Shown here: positions 25,362-38,367 of the stretch, piece by piece
Layout: each line of letters opens with the position of its first letter
How positions within the stretch are numbered: the first letter of the stretch is position 1
Assembly: GCA_964016885.1 (NCBI GenBank)
Contig: OZ024743.1
Span: 53,816,001-53,880,000, forward strand
From: Eledone cirrhosa
Taxonomy: Eukaryota
Length of the DNA: 64,000 bases
Direction: 5' to 3'
Position numbers and translations under genes: made by a program
The notes under the pieces: generated by a model
What the model saw: the letters and a program-made list of their open reading frames with translations, nothing else
Database searches by the model: none
What the model was told of the DNA's origin: nothing

Positions 25362-25452
25362 AGAGGTCTGACGAGCTTTTGATTCCAGAGACGGATTAGA
25401 CCGATAGAGATCGAACCTTGAGCTGATCAATAGCGAAACGCGCGTCACTACT
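25362..25452 (+). ncRNA. Type I hammerhead ribozyme motif with ~45-nt insertion in loop II
   Basis: CTGACGA 25368-25374; stem II GCTTTTGAT/ATCAATAGC; GAAAC 25435; palindromic stem III ACGCGCGT; GTC cleavage triplet ending 25446; stem I AGAGGT/ACTACT; AATAAA follows. Confidence 0.75.
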
Positions 25453-25499
25453 CAATAAACGTAATGATGACATAACATATCATCAGACACCATTGGTTG

Positions 25500-25648
25500 C
25501 AGCATAGAAGTTATCGCCCTTTACGTTCTGAGTTCAAATCTCGCCAGGTTAGCTTTGCCTTTCATCCCTACGGGGTCGATAAAATAAAGTACCAGTAATG
25601 CACTGAAGTAATTGCTGGCCTTGTGCCAAACGTAGAAACATTATTATC
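25500..25648 (+). mobile_element. tRNA-derived SINE (5'-partial); further copies at 27005-27150, 27218-27325, 29685-29900
   Basis: CTGAGTTCAAATC...CTTTGCCTTTCATCC.TACGGGGTCGATAAAATAAAGTACCAGT. Confidence 0.8.
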
Positions 25649-25998
25649 ACTCTGCTTAGTGATACACCTCTACAGTTATTGGAAACTACGCATCGAGTGC
25701 TCACTCTGGTTAACCTAGAGTAACTGTCCGTTACAATCCTTATATATATATAAACATATGACGGGCCTCTCCAATACCCGTTTTCACAAGGCATTAATAA
25801 ATCCAAGACTTTTGTAGAAGAAACTTGCCCAAGTTAGTGGGACTGAACTTAGTACAACGTGGTTGCGAACCGAACTCCGTAACTACTCAGCCATTTCGTC
25901 ACCCATATATTTATGAATTTTACGATAATATATCAAGTCTAGCTCGGAAGCTAAACGAACTGATGTTTGTACTGACATATACACACACACATATACAC

Positions 25999-26128
<130 letters not shown>

Positions 26129-26428
26129 ACACACACATACGCACACACGCATAGACACACGCACACACATATATATATACACACACATATATACATTCAC
26201 TCTCACACACACATACACACATACACACACGCTTACACTCACACACACACACACACGCATATACACACAGACACGTGGAGACATACGCAAGTGTACAGGT
26301 AAATATATACATATATATATGTAGGTGTTTCTTTATTTGTTTGTTTGTCTATGTATGTATACGAACTTCCCCGTGTAAGAATGTGTTTGTGTGTATGTGG
26401 CTATGTGTATTCGTATGTACGTGTGTTC

Positions 26429-26480
<52 letters not shown>

Positions 26481-26488
26481 ACATATGC

Positions 26489-26609
<121 letters not shown>

Positions 26610-28679
26610 ATAGGTCGGTCCAGTCTGGCGAAGACACTAGAATGAAATGTGTTCTCTCTTTTCTGCCATAAAGCTTTCTCTAATGTCAAGGCAAGGGAAA
26701 CCGTAAAACTAGAAAACCTTAAGGAGATTTACGGTGTGTTTAGACAAGTCAGAATATTTACATTCTTTGAAAGGAAGATATGAAGCAGAAAGAATAAAAG
26801 AATAGAAGAATATAAAAGTAAATATATAAAAAACAGAAAGAGAATAATATATCATAAGAATAAAAGATTGAAAGAATAGTAGACTATGGGAACGATAAAA
26901 CAGCGACCGAATGAAATATCAGATTGGATGGACGTGTAAAAGTGCAAAGCAAGCAATCTGAAACTATGTGAAAAGAAAAATAATATAGCTTCTTTATGTT
27001 TAAGGCAGCAAATTGGCAAAGTTCTTAGAAACTCAGATAGAATGCTTTTCGGTATTAGTTTCTTTTAGCTCCGTGCGTTTTGAGTTCAAATCCCGTCGAG
27101 GTTAACTTTGTCTTTCGTCCTTTCAATGTCGATAAATAAAGTACCTATTTAGTAATAGAGTACTTTAATCTACTTCTTCTTAAATTTCTTAAATAAATTA
27201 GAAACCATTATTATCTCTCGCCGAGGTTAACTTTGCCTTTCATCCTTACGGGGTCGATAAAATAAAGTACCAGTAATGTACTGGATAATTGATGGCCTTG
27301 TGCCAAAAATAGAAACAATTATTATCTCTAGCATTCTCTCCTCTTTTTCTGCTCATGTTTTTCAAACAATCGGCTGTATTCAGACCTGGAGAGGAATGGG
27401 CTTCGCCAGGTTTTAAATGACCAAGATACGAGGGTGCCCCTTATTAATGGGTCTTAATTTTTATACACATTGCTCCGTCTATGCTGGAGAATCATCGTTA
27501 TGATTATTTCAGCGATGAGTGTTGATCAAGGACATTAACGTGAAAGTGACTAAGCGTTTCGTAAACAATGTGTACTTTACGTGTACTTAATGTAATTGTC
27601 AAGAAGATTCAGTGTAACACAGGGTGGGGAAAGGCTGGTCTCTCTCTCCCTCTCGTTCCCGGAAGAAATCGGATGTATTCTGACCGAGAAAGAAATCAGC
27701 TCCACCAGGTTTAATACGCGTATATTATAATGTTGCGCATAGGACTACATTAAATGTTTGGAGCCCGTGGATGAAACTTTATTTTTTACACAGATTGCTC
27801 CAACAATGTCGGAGAATCATCGTCATGATAGCTTCTAGAATTTCTCTCTCTTCCCCTATCCCCAGTGAATTAAACGTCAGGTAGAATGCTTTGCAGTATT
27901 CCTTATGACTCGGCGCTCTGAGTTGTCGTGGACAACTTTGCCTTTTATCATTAGGAGATTGATAAATAAAGTCTAGTTCTAGAGTCACCCCTCCCCCCCT
28001 CTCTCTCTCACTCAATCTCTACTATCAGAGGAAGAAATCAGCTGTATTCAGACCTGGATGGGCACAAAAACACACTTAAGCAAACATTAAGTTGACAGGC
28101 TCTCTGACGGTTTCGACGATACATATTACATTTATCTGACCAATGAATGGAACAGCTTACTCATTAAATGAATGGCCAGGTAGCTGAGAATTCCATCGAC
28201 TCGACTACTCCGAACGTCCTTCTTAGAAAGATTCAGTGTCACACAGTTTGTGACAAGGTTTATCCTTTGAATTACAGGTACGATACATTTTTACTCCGTC
28301 CGAATACAGTCGAATTCCTGGAGAGAAAATATAAGAGAGAACAAACGAGGAAGTGAGAAAGAGAGATAGAGGAAGAATCGATGGCTTATTGGACATGCCC
28401 TTATCTTATCGATATCGAAAAGATAAAAAGCAAAGTTGACCTCAGCAGTATTTGAACTCAGAGCACAGAAAGTCAGAATAAATACTCTAGCGAGTTTGCA
28501 ATTTGCATCCATAATTTATTATATACTTAATATATTTCCTGATCACATTGCAGTGTTTTGGTTGTCTTATTTGCATCAATCACTAATTTGGCACTTTGCT
28601 CAGATCCGCAAAGACCAGACGTTTTTAGAGGCGGCCTTTACTCGCCTCATCGTAGCTACATCAATTGTTTTTCAGTCAG

Positions 28680-29370
28680 AACGGGATCGCTGACATGCAC
28701 TTGATAGATTTGTTTTCGAGTGCTGCACGGCACTCTAGATTTAAGCGGAGTTCCATTGAAGTAGGTGGAGAAGTTCAAATATCTCGGGGCTGTGTTCATG
28801 AGTGATGTAAGACAGGAGACTGAATTAGTGCATGAATTACAGGAGCAAGTGATATTTATGTGCCAGTTTCAGCATTCAGTAATCAGAATAATGGAGGTAG
28901 GTGTAAAAGCCAAACTTGCTATCCTCAATTCGCTATTCGTACCAAATTTTACCTATGGTCATGAATCTTGGGTAATGACAAGAAATACAATTGCGAATAC
29001 AAGCATCCGAAATGGAGTTCCTCCGAAGGGTCTTTGAAATAATGTTAAACAATAGATTGTGTAGCTTGGAGATCAGAGAGTCACACCAGATAGAGCAGCT
29101 AGTTCTCCGAATTTGTAATCACAGCCTCTATGCTATGGGCATGTGGTTAGAATATCTCAGGCAGAATCGTTGTACTTATTTTACGGGCAAAACCAACCGA
29201 TAGGAAACCCAGGGGTAGATCCCAAGCAAGATGTTTAGATAATATCCATGAGCTCGGCTGGTCTCACTTGCGGATTCAGCCAGATGAATTGGAGACGGTT
29301 GCTTCTGACAGGATCCGCTGGAAGGAGTGATTGAGGCCTCTGTTCCCACGACCCCCCAGGAATAAGTAGG
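28680..29370 (+). mobile_element. RTE-clade (Expander/Rex3-like) LINE 3' fragment, degraded
   Basis: VEKFKYLG, FTYGHESWVMT, RIQASEMEFLRRV, RKPRGRSQARCLDNI motifs across frameshifts. Confidence 0.85.
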
Positions 29371-30978
29371 CTAAGAAGAAGACCTCATATATTTGGCAAG
29401 TACAGTTGATGACTACCAATTCGGAACCTCCTTTGACATTATATGTGATCTTCATAAGCCTTGTTGTGACTTTTAGCACCAACAAGTAAGAGTCACGCTA
29501 TTCTTTATAATTCATGGATGCTGGTTTATTCCCTTTATATTCAAATCTAATTAATGAGTGAACCATATGGATTAACCCTTTCGTGAATATAATTCTAACG
29601 AAATACAATCAATATCAATTAACCGATGAAGAAGTTTGTGGCATTTACTAAAATTATTAATACTTTCATAATGAAGATAGTAAGGGCGATGGATTAGCAG
29701 TATCGGAAGGGATCGGACAACATGCTTTGCGACAAAGAGTTACGGTCCTCTACGTTCTCAGTTCAAATCCCTCTGAGGTTAGCTTTGCCTTTTATCTTTA
29801 TGGGATCGATAAAAGAAAGTACCAGTAACGTACTGGGATCGATTTAATCAACTTTCCCCATCCCTTCAAATTGCTGGTCTTGTGCCAAGTGTAGCAACAA
29901 CTGTCAAGATAGTAACTTTACATATGGGTCTTATATAAACTTATATGAGTTTCATAGAAGCAGACTCTGTTTTCACCAGGTTGGCATCAACAGGGTTAAA
30001 TCTGAAGTATGTTAAACTAGTCAATTCTAGTATATTGATTCCTGGCATATAAGAAAACTACGGATTTATAGCGAGATGTTAATGAGACTGTGTTACACTC
30101 AATGTTTCTTCAATGACTTCATTTGCATAACTGAAGTAAAATGCTTTGACAATGGGTTAAAGTCGAATAACTGATTTGTCTCATCCATATATAACAGTTG
30201 CGATGGCTATATTATCTTATAAAAGTATTTGTCGAAAGATGAAGCATTTCCTGGCTTAGAAATGTATGTCACAAACAATTATTTAACCTTTTTGATACAG
30301 AATCGCTGAAACCACTCCTGGTTCTATGACCCAATGCCGTTTGTTTTATAGAGTCTATATTTATCTAAAAACTTTCCATCATAATTTTATATAAGAACCT
30401 CTGTTAAATTGTGTCCCAAACATCAGTTTAATAATTAGAAAATTATATTATGAAACCCTTACAAATTCTTGATTATTTTCTAAACTATTTACAAACTATA
30501 GACAGTGTCTTTCATTAGAAATGTAGCTAGGAAAGGGTTAATATTTTTATACCTATCGAAAAACATTACATCATCATTTTATGGAAGAACCTTTGTTAAA
30601 TTATGTTCCAAATAACATTAATAATGAGAAAGTAAGTTTTTCTTTAGAAAGATAGTAATGAAAGAGTTCACGGTCATCTCATGCTTCTAAAATGTATTGT
30701 TTAATTTGTCTTTTGGAAGTACTATAGATACTTTATATATTGCCCACCTTATTCATCATACGAGTCTGGGCTGACGATGAAGAAGTGATGCTAGAGGTGT
30801 GAAATTTTGCATGCATTAATTTCAACATTTTTTATCAATAACTGTATTGTTTCACTCCAGGGAGTATGTTGAAAAATAGAACCTCATTTGGTCATTCCAT
30901 GAGAGCATCTTAGTAAGCCTATAAACGTTTCAGTCGACCTTCATATTATTTATTGGTTTCAAAATGTTCGTCGCATTG

Positions 30979-31112
30979 TTTGCGACTTGGTTACTTACAT
31001 AGTTTTGCGACTTGGTTACTTACTTACATAGTTTTGCGACTTGGTTACTTAGATAGTTTTGCGACTTGGTTACTTAGATAGTTTTGCGACTTGGTTACTT
31101 AGATAGTTTTGC
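30979..31112. repeat. 25-bp tandem repeat, 5 copies (TTTTGCGACTTGGTTACTTA(C/G)ATAG)
   Basis: Direct inspection. Confidence 0.93.
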
Positions 31113-31313
31113 TGCAAATGAAGTTATTAAATAAATAAAGTGAAGTTAACAGTTTTTCTATATTGGCTTCAGTCTTAATTAATACACGGTTTCAGATCAT
31201 GTCAGTTGCCAGACAAGTACAATTGTGAGTACATTGACACTTTCATGATATAATTGCTATAGTGGAGACTTCTGGGGTTCTTGGCCCTAGGGCATCTACA
31301 CAGAGTTGGCTAC

Positions 31314-31519
31314 CTGCAGGTTTGAACCTCGCGAGCTGGAATGGCTCTTCCAGCGCGTCTCTCTCGTCATCCTCCGAGGAAACACCTTCTCTATTCTGTC
31401 CGCCGAGGCCACGGGGCGGCCAACATGTGGACCCCCATTTGCTCATAATAGTGACAGATGGGGAAAGTAGGAGAGACCCAGACAGTGACAGTGGGAGTTT
31501 GGTTCCTTTGTGTTGGAAC
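31314..31519 (-). other. Candidate host exon containing an ATG at 31446 (MSKWGSTCWPPRGLGGQNREGVSSEDDERDALEEPFQLARFKPA)
   Basis: GC-rich island with no other copy seen in the window; minus-strand CAG|GTTCC acceptor-like and CAG|GTAGCC donor-like boundaries; no secure homology. Confidence 0.3.
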
Positions 31520-32177
31520 CTGGTGTATATGTTTCATGGACACACACACACACTGAGGCAGTGTAACTATTTATTTGTTTAGTTTATACCTCTAGCAGTT
31601 AGTACTGTTTTCTACCAAATCAATGTATCTCGCCATTGCTATAGTTTCAACACACAGTCACAGATTAAGACACATACAAATCCTAGATAATTAATATTTC
31701 GAAATAACAAGAATTCAGCAAGTAAAAATGTATTCTTTGAATTCGTCAAGCATGATATGAAAATACATTTATTAATCCCAATGTGTAAAAACTAATGCTT
31801 GGTTATTTACCACCGTAAGCTAGCCCCATAATGTGCGCCTTCTTCGTCTAGTTAATGATCCCATTTTCTCAAAGAAAACAGCTTCGGCTTGCAGTTTGGC
31901 AAGCAGACGAGCTTAGTTTTTGATACTTCTTGCTCTGACCACAATAAGAATTTTCTACTACCCAGGTCACATTCACCCATGCCAAATCATGGGGAAGATT
32001 ATAACACCTTACTACCCTATCCCCCGCTTTGGATATCCCCATAGCATTGCTACGCGGCAAAAATATTTAGTGACAAATTTGTAAAAACACAGTGATCCTT
32101 TAATGCCCAGTAATGTGTCTCTCTGCAGTCTGCGCGCTAAGTGGCTGTCTAGTTAGCCTTAATCGTACGCCAACTCG

Positions 32178-32243
<66 letters not shown>

Positions 32244-32278
32244 ACACACACACATATATATATAATAGTAATAAACGA

Positions 32279-32325
<47 letters not shown>

Positions 32326-32521
32326 GTAATAAACGAAAAATATATACTCTATATCATCTCTATTTATTTCATTATATATATTTCGAAGATGTAAAGTTTC
32401 ATGTATAATATAAAGCAAAACCTGTGCTCTTCAGACAGAATACAAAATACATAGATGTATAATTTTTTCCTGATATGCTGGTAGACAAACGAGCTGGACA
32501 CATCGGTGACCACCAAGCACA

Positions 32522-32606
<85 letters not shown>

Positions 32607-32648
32607 TTGCGAGGTTTTTGATATGAAATCGTGTGTCGAAACAAATAT

Positions 32649-33185
32649 TGTTATACTTGGGGAGGGTCATATTTGTGTAATAATATTGCCAGAATTAATA
32701 ACAGAACACACTCACTGTTTGGTTGGTTTTCGCTTCTGTGTCTTTTATATCGGTTAATTTAATTTATTCGGTCCTCAATGTTGCCATTGACTGACCAACG
32801 GTCAAAAATACAGATACAATATAGACACAAACACATATATATAGTCTATCAAAGTTCTTTCGTTGCACATCTGCAAACAAATAAATAAACAGACTAAATA
32901 AAGATGGCGTAAGAATACATTGCAACGGGAGGAAACATAATAGCAACACTGACGATGTTGCAGATGTGCAACGAAAGAAATTTGATAGACTATATATATG
33001 TGTTTGTGTCTATATTGTATCTGTATTTTTGACCGTTGGTCAGTCAATGGCAACATTGAGGACCGAATAAATTAAATTAACCGATATAAAAGACACAGAA
33101 GCGAAAACCAACCAAACAGTGAGTGTGTTCTGTTATTAATTCTGGCAATAATATTACACAAATATGACCCTCCCCAAGTATAACA
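32649..33185. repeat. 228-bp-arm inverted repeat with 81-bp spacer, between (TA)n tracts
   Basis: 32649-32876 is the reverse complement of 32958-33185, one mismatch seen; hammerhead-like CTGACGA-T-GTTGCA/TGCAAC-GAAA at 32949-32977. Confidence 0.95.
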
Positions 33186-33706
33186 GTATATATATATATA
33201 TATATATAAACATATATATATACTAATACCTATATATATACTAATACCTATTAAATATTTCCACAATACTGATACATATCATAAATATTCAGCGATTAAT
33301 TTATCGAATACAGGCAATTGTTATAATTTCAAGTTTATTATACAAGTCTGAATCCTTTAAGGATCAATAATACACCTTACTATGCTCTAGGCAACAACCA
33401 AGCTGGCTTAATAGTAACGCCGGCCCTGCTTAGAAGTACAATTCTGAATAATAATATATATTTAAGAAGTAGAAATGTATTCCTCGATTAAGTCAGGCAT
33501 ACTATGAACATAATTAATTATTCCCACAGAGGTATCACTCATTAAATCCAATATGGCAGTTTGTGAAATGTTATGTCGAAAATTCCAGATGGATTTCAAA
33601 CACCTTGAAGGATGTCACTACTTCTTCACATAAGTTTCTCTATTTGCTTTATGGTAATGATGAGACCACTCTCAGAGAAATGCTCGGGCATGCACAAAGA
33701 CATACG

Positions 33707-33823
<117 letters not shown>

Positions 33824-34000
33824 AAGGCACTGTGTGGGAGGGCATATTGTATATAGGTTGATATATATATCTATATATCATATATATCTATATCGTGCCT
33901 CGAGCTGGTCGCCCGAGAAACAATTGTAATATGTCCAATAAATTCCTTTCGTCGCTACACTGATTCTCTTTTTTCTGTGATATATATATATATATTGTGT

Positions 34001-34345
<345 letters not shown>

Positions 34346-34380
34346 TTACTGTGGTTACCTCCGACTCAACCCGGAATAAC

Positions 34381-34418
<38 letters not shown>

Positions 34419-34803
34419 AGTTATTTTATTTGTTGGTTATTCAATAAAATTAGTTTATAACAGATTAGAACCACTCTACAAATTTCTTCTGGAGTATAAT
34501 ATCAATAATATTAATAAATTGAAACTATCTTTATAAAACCATATTTATTTTTTTATATATATTTCAAAGGTACCAACATTTTTGGTACGCACTCATCAGA
34601 TAAAATACTCTTCACGTAAAATATAATACTAATAATTATTTAAATTTACTTAGTGTCTAAATATAACGATCTTGATCAATTTCAACGTGACCCTCATGAG
34701 CATATTCATTCCATGTTTTGAAGTTCTTTTTCATTATTCAAACAGAACTCAAGACACTAAGTTCTTGTCTTGAATATGTCACTATCTGTAAAACAACTTT
34801 TGT

Positions 34804-34863
34804 ATTTTATCTGATGAGAGCGTACCAAAAATGTTGGTACCCTTGAAATATATATAATGAAAT
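34804..34863 (+). ncRNA. Type I minimal hammerhead ribozyme motif (family C)
   Basis: Stem I ATTTTAT/ATGAAAT; CTGATGA 34811; stem II GAG.GTACCA/TGGTAC.CTT; GAAAT-ATAT-ATA; inverted partner at 34500-34607; other copies (minus strand) with core at 50295, 59726, 61907, 63687. Confidence 0.8.
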
Positions 34864-34905
34864 AAATATGGTTTTATAAAGATAGTTTACATTTATTAAT
34901 ATTAT

Positions 34906-34969
<64 letters not shown>

Positions 34970-34974
<5 letters not shown>

Positions 34975-35275
34975 TGTATATAGTGTATTTTGCAATACAC
35001 TGTATGCTTAATTAAAAGCATTTCGAAGACCTTACGCTATTGTTTTAGAGTAGTGACAGTCTCACTTACTTTAATTTTCAGCAAACAGGGGAGCTAAAGC
35101 TGACAGAGCTATGTTTCGCACTTTTTGGTGCTTATCAAAGCTAAGTACTCCGCTTGTTTGCTGAAAATCATGAATGTTTGATTCTTATAGAATTCTAGTA
35201 ATAATCAGGAACTGATTATACAGAGCGGTTGCCGGTCAAGCAGAAAATTAGAATTGGTGCTCTGAAATAGCGATA
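34970..35275 (-). mobile_element. (TA)n-associated short element (family D) with variant hammerhead at 35098-35142
   Basis: Homologous to 63028-63535 and 60630-60955; minus-strand AGCT-TTGATAA-GCAC/GTGC-GAAAC...GTC-AGCT. Confidence 0.75.
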
Positions 35276-35279
35276 TATA

Positions 35280-35665
35280 AGTAATAGATAAGTAATACAC
35301 ATGTAAAGTTTGAAAAAAGTCGGTTGGGTATTTCTCGAGTTTTAGGGATTCAAACTCACACACACAGACATACATCCTCAGGGAAGTGACGTAATGCAGA
35401 CAGCCAGACATACATACAGATATTATAAGGGCACGACGTTATATGTATGTATCTATCTAAAAAGAGAAAGACTAAGAATTATAGAGAGATGTCGCTAAAT
35501 CGCCTAATGCCGTTCCTAGGGCATTGACAATTTTAAATTTTTGCTCAGAACACTCCCTGAAACATAAGTATTACATGTGTAAAGTTTGAAAATAGTCGGT
35601 TGGGTGTTTCTCGAGTTTTAGGGATTCAAACTCTCTCACACACATACAGACATCCTCAGGTTTAT
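35280..35665. mobile_element. Non-autonomous Helitron/Helentron-like element with ~95-bp internal direct repeat
   Basis: TGTAAAGTTTGAAAA.AGTCGGTTGGGT.TTTCTCGAGTTTTAGGGATTCAAACTC...CATCCTCAGG at 35300-35382 and 35578-35660; style resembles DINE-1/Lep1-type elements (inference). Confidence 0.4.
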
Positions 35666-35667
35666 AA

Positions 35668-35730
<63 letters not shown>

Positions 35731-35734
<4 letters not shown>

Positions 35735-35960
35735 AACGAGTAGGACCCCGACGGCTGAGCTCGAGCCGTTTCGACGGCTAATTCTGGACTAAATGAACAT
35801 TTTTATCGGATAAAAATTTAGTCCAGAATTAGCGGTCGAAACGGCTTCAGCTCAGCCGTCGGGGCCCTACTCGTTCCTATTACCCACTCTACTACCCTAA
35901 GTATTGAGTACTTTGGTGCGTTATGGTCCATATGGTTCCTTACCACATTTCCTTCGTTAT
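35731..35960 (+). mobile_element. Fold-back short element (family E) in (TA)n with 3' half of a hammerhead
   Basis: Arms 35731-35794 and 35816-35879; GAAACGGC...GCCGTC stem III; shared tail TTACCCACTCTACTACCC...CCTTCGTTATA also at 41815-42012, 50892-50940 and 51198-51325. Confidence 0.8.
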
Positions 35961-36218
35961 ATATATATATATATATATATATACCCACTTACATACAATA
36001 TGCTGTCACACACAGTGCCTAATATATGTATAGTCTATGTGTTTATGTATATATACATAATACCTATATATATGTGTGTGTATGTGTGTGTGTGTGTGTG
36101 TGTATTAACTCTAGACGAAAATGTATTAACTTTTCGACTCATGGAGTGCTTTGATAGCGCCTCAAACAATTCGATTGGTATCTCCGACTACAACTTCGAT
36201 GTATAGCTAATATATATA

Positions 36219-36330
<112 letters not shown>

Positions 36331-36901
36331 TCAGGCGGTCAATAAACAGTGACGTTGACGGCCAGATTTATTGCCTCGGTATATGTTCTGGCCCTGTTTT
36401 CTGAGTTCAAACCCTCAACTTCTATCTGACAAGAATTGCAAGTCACAGAGCATAAAAAATGAAAAGATCACAATGTGCGTAGTTCTAGGTATATAAATGC
36501 ATCGTGGCGGCTTCTCAAATACCAAACACTTTTCAAAATTTTTCCCGATGTGCTGTAAACTAACTAAATGTTGTTTACTTTTAGCTTATCATTTGAAACT
36601 TCTGAAAAAAAACGGTAATTAGCGGTTAGATGTGCTTTAGGGTAATGGTTAAACGCAGTCGTTCGGTCTATGGAAAATGCGTGGTTCGATTACCCCAAAC
36701 ATTTCTGCCAATGTATTTTCTCTCTCCAAGCATATTTTACTCGACTTATTCAACTATTATTTATAGTTCTCTACATCATGGCGGTTTCCAAAAACTTAAA
36801 TAGATTCTCATATTTCCGTAATGCTTCGAAAACGAATTAATGTTTTTTTTTTTATAGATATGTGTTTGTTTGTTTGTGTATGTGGGTGATTACAATACAT
36901 A

Positions 36902-36985
<84 letters not shown>

Positions 36986-36994
36986 TTATTTTAA

Positions 36995-38007
36995 AAAGAC
37001 TTAGCTTCTACCTTCAATGAGTTAGGACTTAGGATAACAGTACCTACCAACCGCTCTAGCGTAGATTTCTTGGACATTAATTTAGACCTTCGCACACACA
37101 CCTACAGACCCTTCCATAAGCTAAACGAAAAACTCAATTACCTTCACAAGGACTCATGCCACCTTCCCACTGTTTTTAGAAACTTCCTAAATAATATCAG
37201 TACTAGAATCTCAAACCTCTCCTCTAAGGCTATCTTTGACAGGGCGGCACCCTATATAACACGGCGTTAGCTAACAGCGGCTTCTCGCAACCTATCATTT
37301 ACTCTCCCACTATCAACAACAGCACTAAGAAAAGAAAGCGTAACAATAGACAAACCATCTGGTTCTCTCCTCCCTTCTCACTCAACGTTAAAACCAATGT
37401 AGGCAAAACATTTCTAGCCCTCTTAGATAGACACTTTCCCATAGGTCATAAATACCGCTCCATCTTTAACCGACACAAAGTAAAACTAGGATACTCCTAC
37501 GCTAAGAACATGAAGGCCCACATCACCAACAGCCCTAAGAGCAACATCCCACCAGAATGCTCTTGTCGTAGGCCCGAAGCTTGTCCCCTTCAACAACAAT
37601 GCAACACACCCGCTGTAGTTTATGAAGCTGTGTTCACTTCCAACCGACCAAATCAACCACAAGAGGTCAACTTCTATGTGGGTATGGCGGAGGGCCGATT
37701 TAAGGAACGCTTCCTGAACCACCAGTCGACCTTTAGGTATCCGGACAGACGTTCATCCACGAAACTCGCGAGCCACGTATGGTCCCTCAAGGACTCAAGT
37801 ATAGACTACTCCATTCAATGGAAAGCCATCACTAAGTCCAAGCCATACGCAAGGGGAAATCCGTCGTGTGGACTATGTATTGATGAACGAATAAATATTC
37901 TAAAGAGGTTATGCAATAGCGATTGCCTAAACACGAGCAATGAATTCTTCACACGTTGTCCACAGGTCTCGATACATCGCCTACGTAACTACAAAGCTCC
38001 GGATTGA
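36995..38007 (+). pseudogene. Naiad-type RT thumb + GIY-YIG endonuclease, truncated, one frameshift near 37255
   Basis: ORFs 37070..37270 and 37510..38007 join via the open stretch YNTALANSGF...YSYAKNMK. Confidence 0.85.
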
Positions 38008-38164
38008 ATTACAACAACACCCTAATTTTCTTATCAACTAGAAACTTTTCGGACTTTCGCAGTTATCTCCCTTACACCTCTCGCACGCATTTTAGTATTG
38101 CCTGTGTGAAGTGTTCGTTTCTGCGCATGCGCGTTCGTACGGTTGTCCTTCCTGTTCCGTATAA

Positions 38165-38214
38165 CCATTACGAGCTGAGGATCCACTAAGGTGAAACAAT
38201 TGTTCTCGGTATGG
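38165..38214 (+). ncRNA. Type I minimal hammerhead ribozyme motif in the Naiad 3' pLTR
   Basis: Stem I CCAT.. CGAG / CTCG.. ATGG; CTGAGGA 38175; short stem II; GAAAC-AATT-GT-T with palindromic ACAATTGT; second copy at 34225-34274. Confidence 0.82.
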
Positions 38215-38303
38215 TGAACTAACTGTTGTGTAACCACTTCTACCTAACTCGTCCCATGGACTGAGTGCTCTACCACCACGGATATTACCTTCCAGTGTTC
38301 TAC

Positions 38304-38364
<61 letters not shown>

Positions 38365-38367
<3 letters not shown>

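Larger units (their letters stand above)
36985..38308 (+). mobile_element. 5'-truncated Penelope-like element, Naiad-type, inserted in (TA)n
   Basis: RT C-terminus VDFLDINLDL...YRPFHK.N...YLHKDSCH; linker IWFSPPFSLNVKTNVGKTFL; CSCRRPEACPL; GIY-YIG VVYEA...FYVGMAEGRFKERFLNH; CGLC..E...LN; 3' pLTR with hammerhead; TA tracts on both flanks. Confidence 0.9.

Noticed and set aside
30771-30810. CTGACGA...GAAA hammerhead candidate (also 5782, 19201, 40442, 41004, 41626, 51725)
   Set aside because: No pairable stems I-III or no correctly placed GAAA/NUH
37070-38007. Selenocysteine recoding in this Naiad ORF
   Set aside because: No in-frame TGA at Cys positions; the break near 37255 is a frameshift
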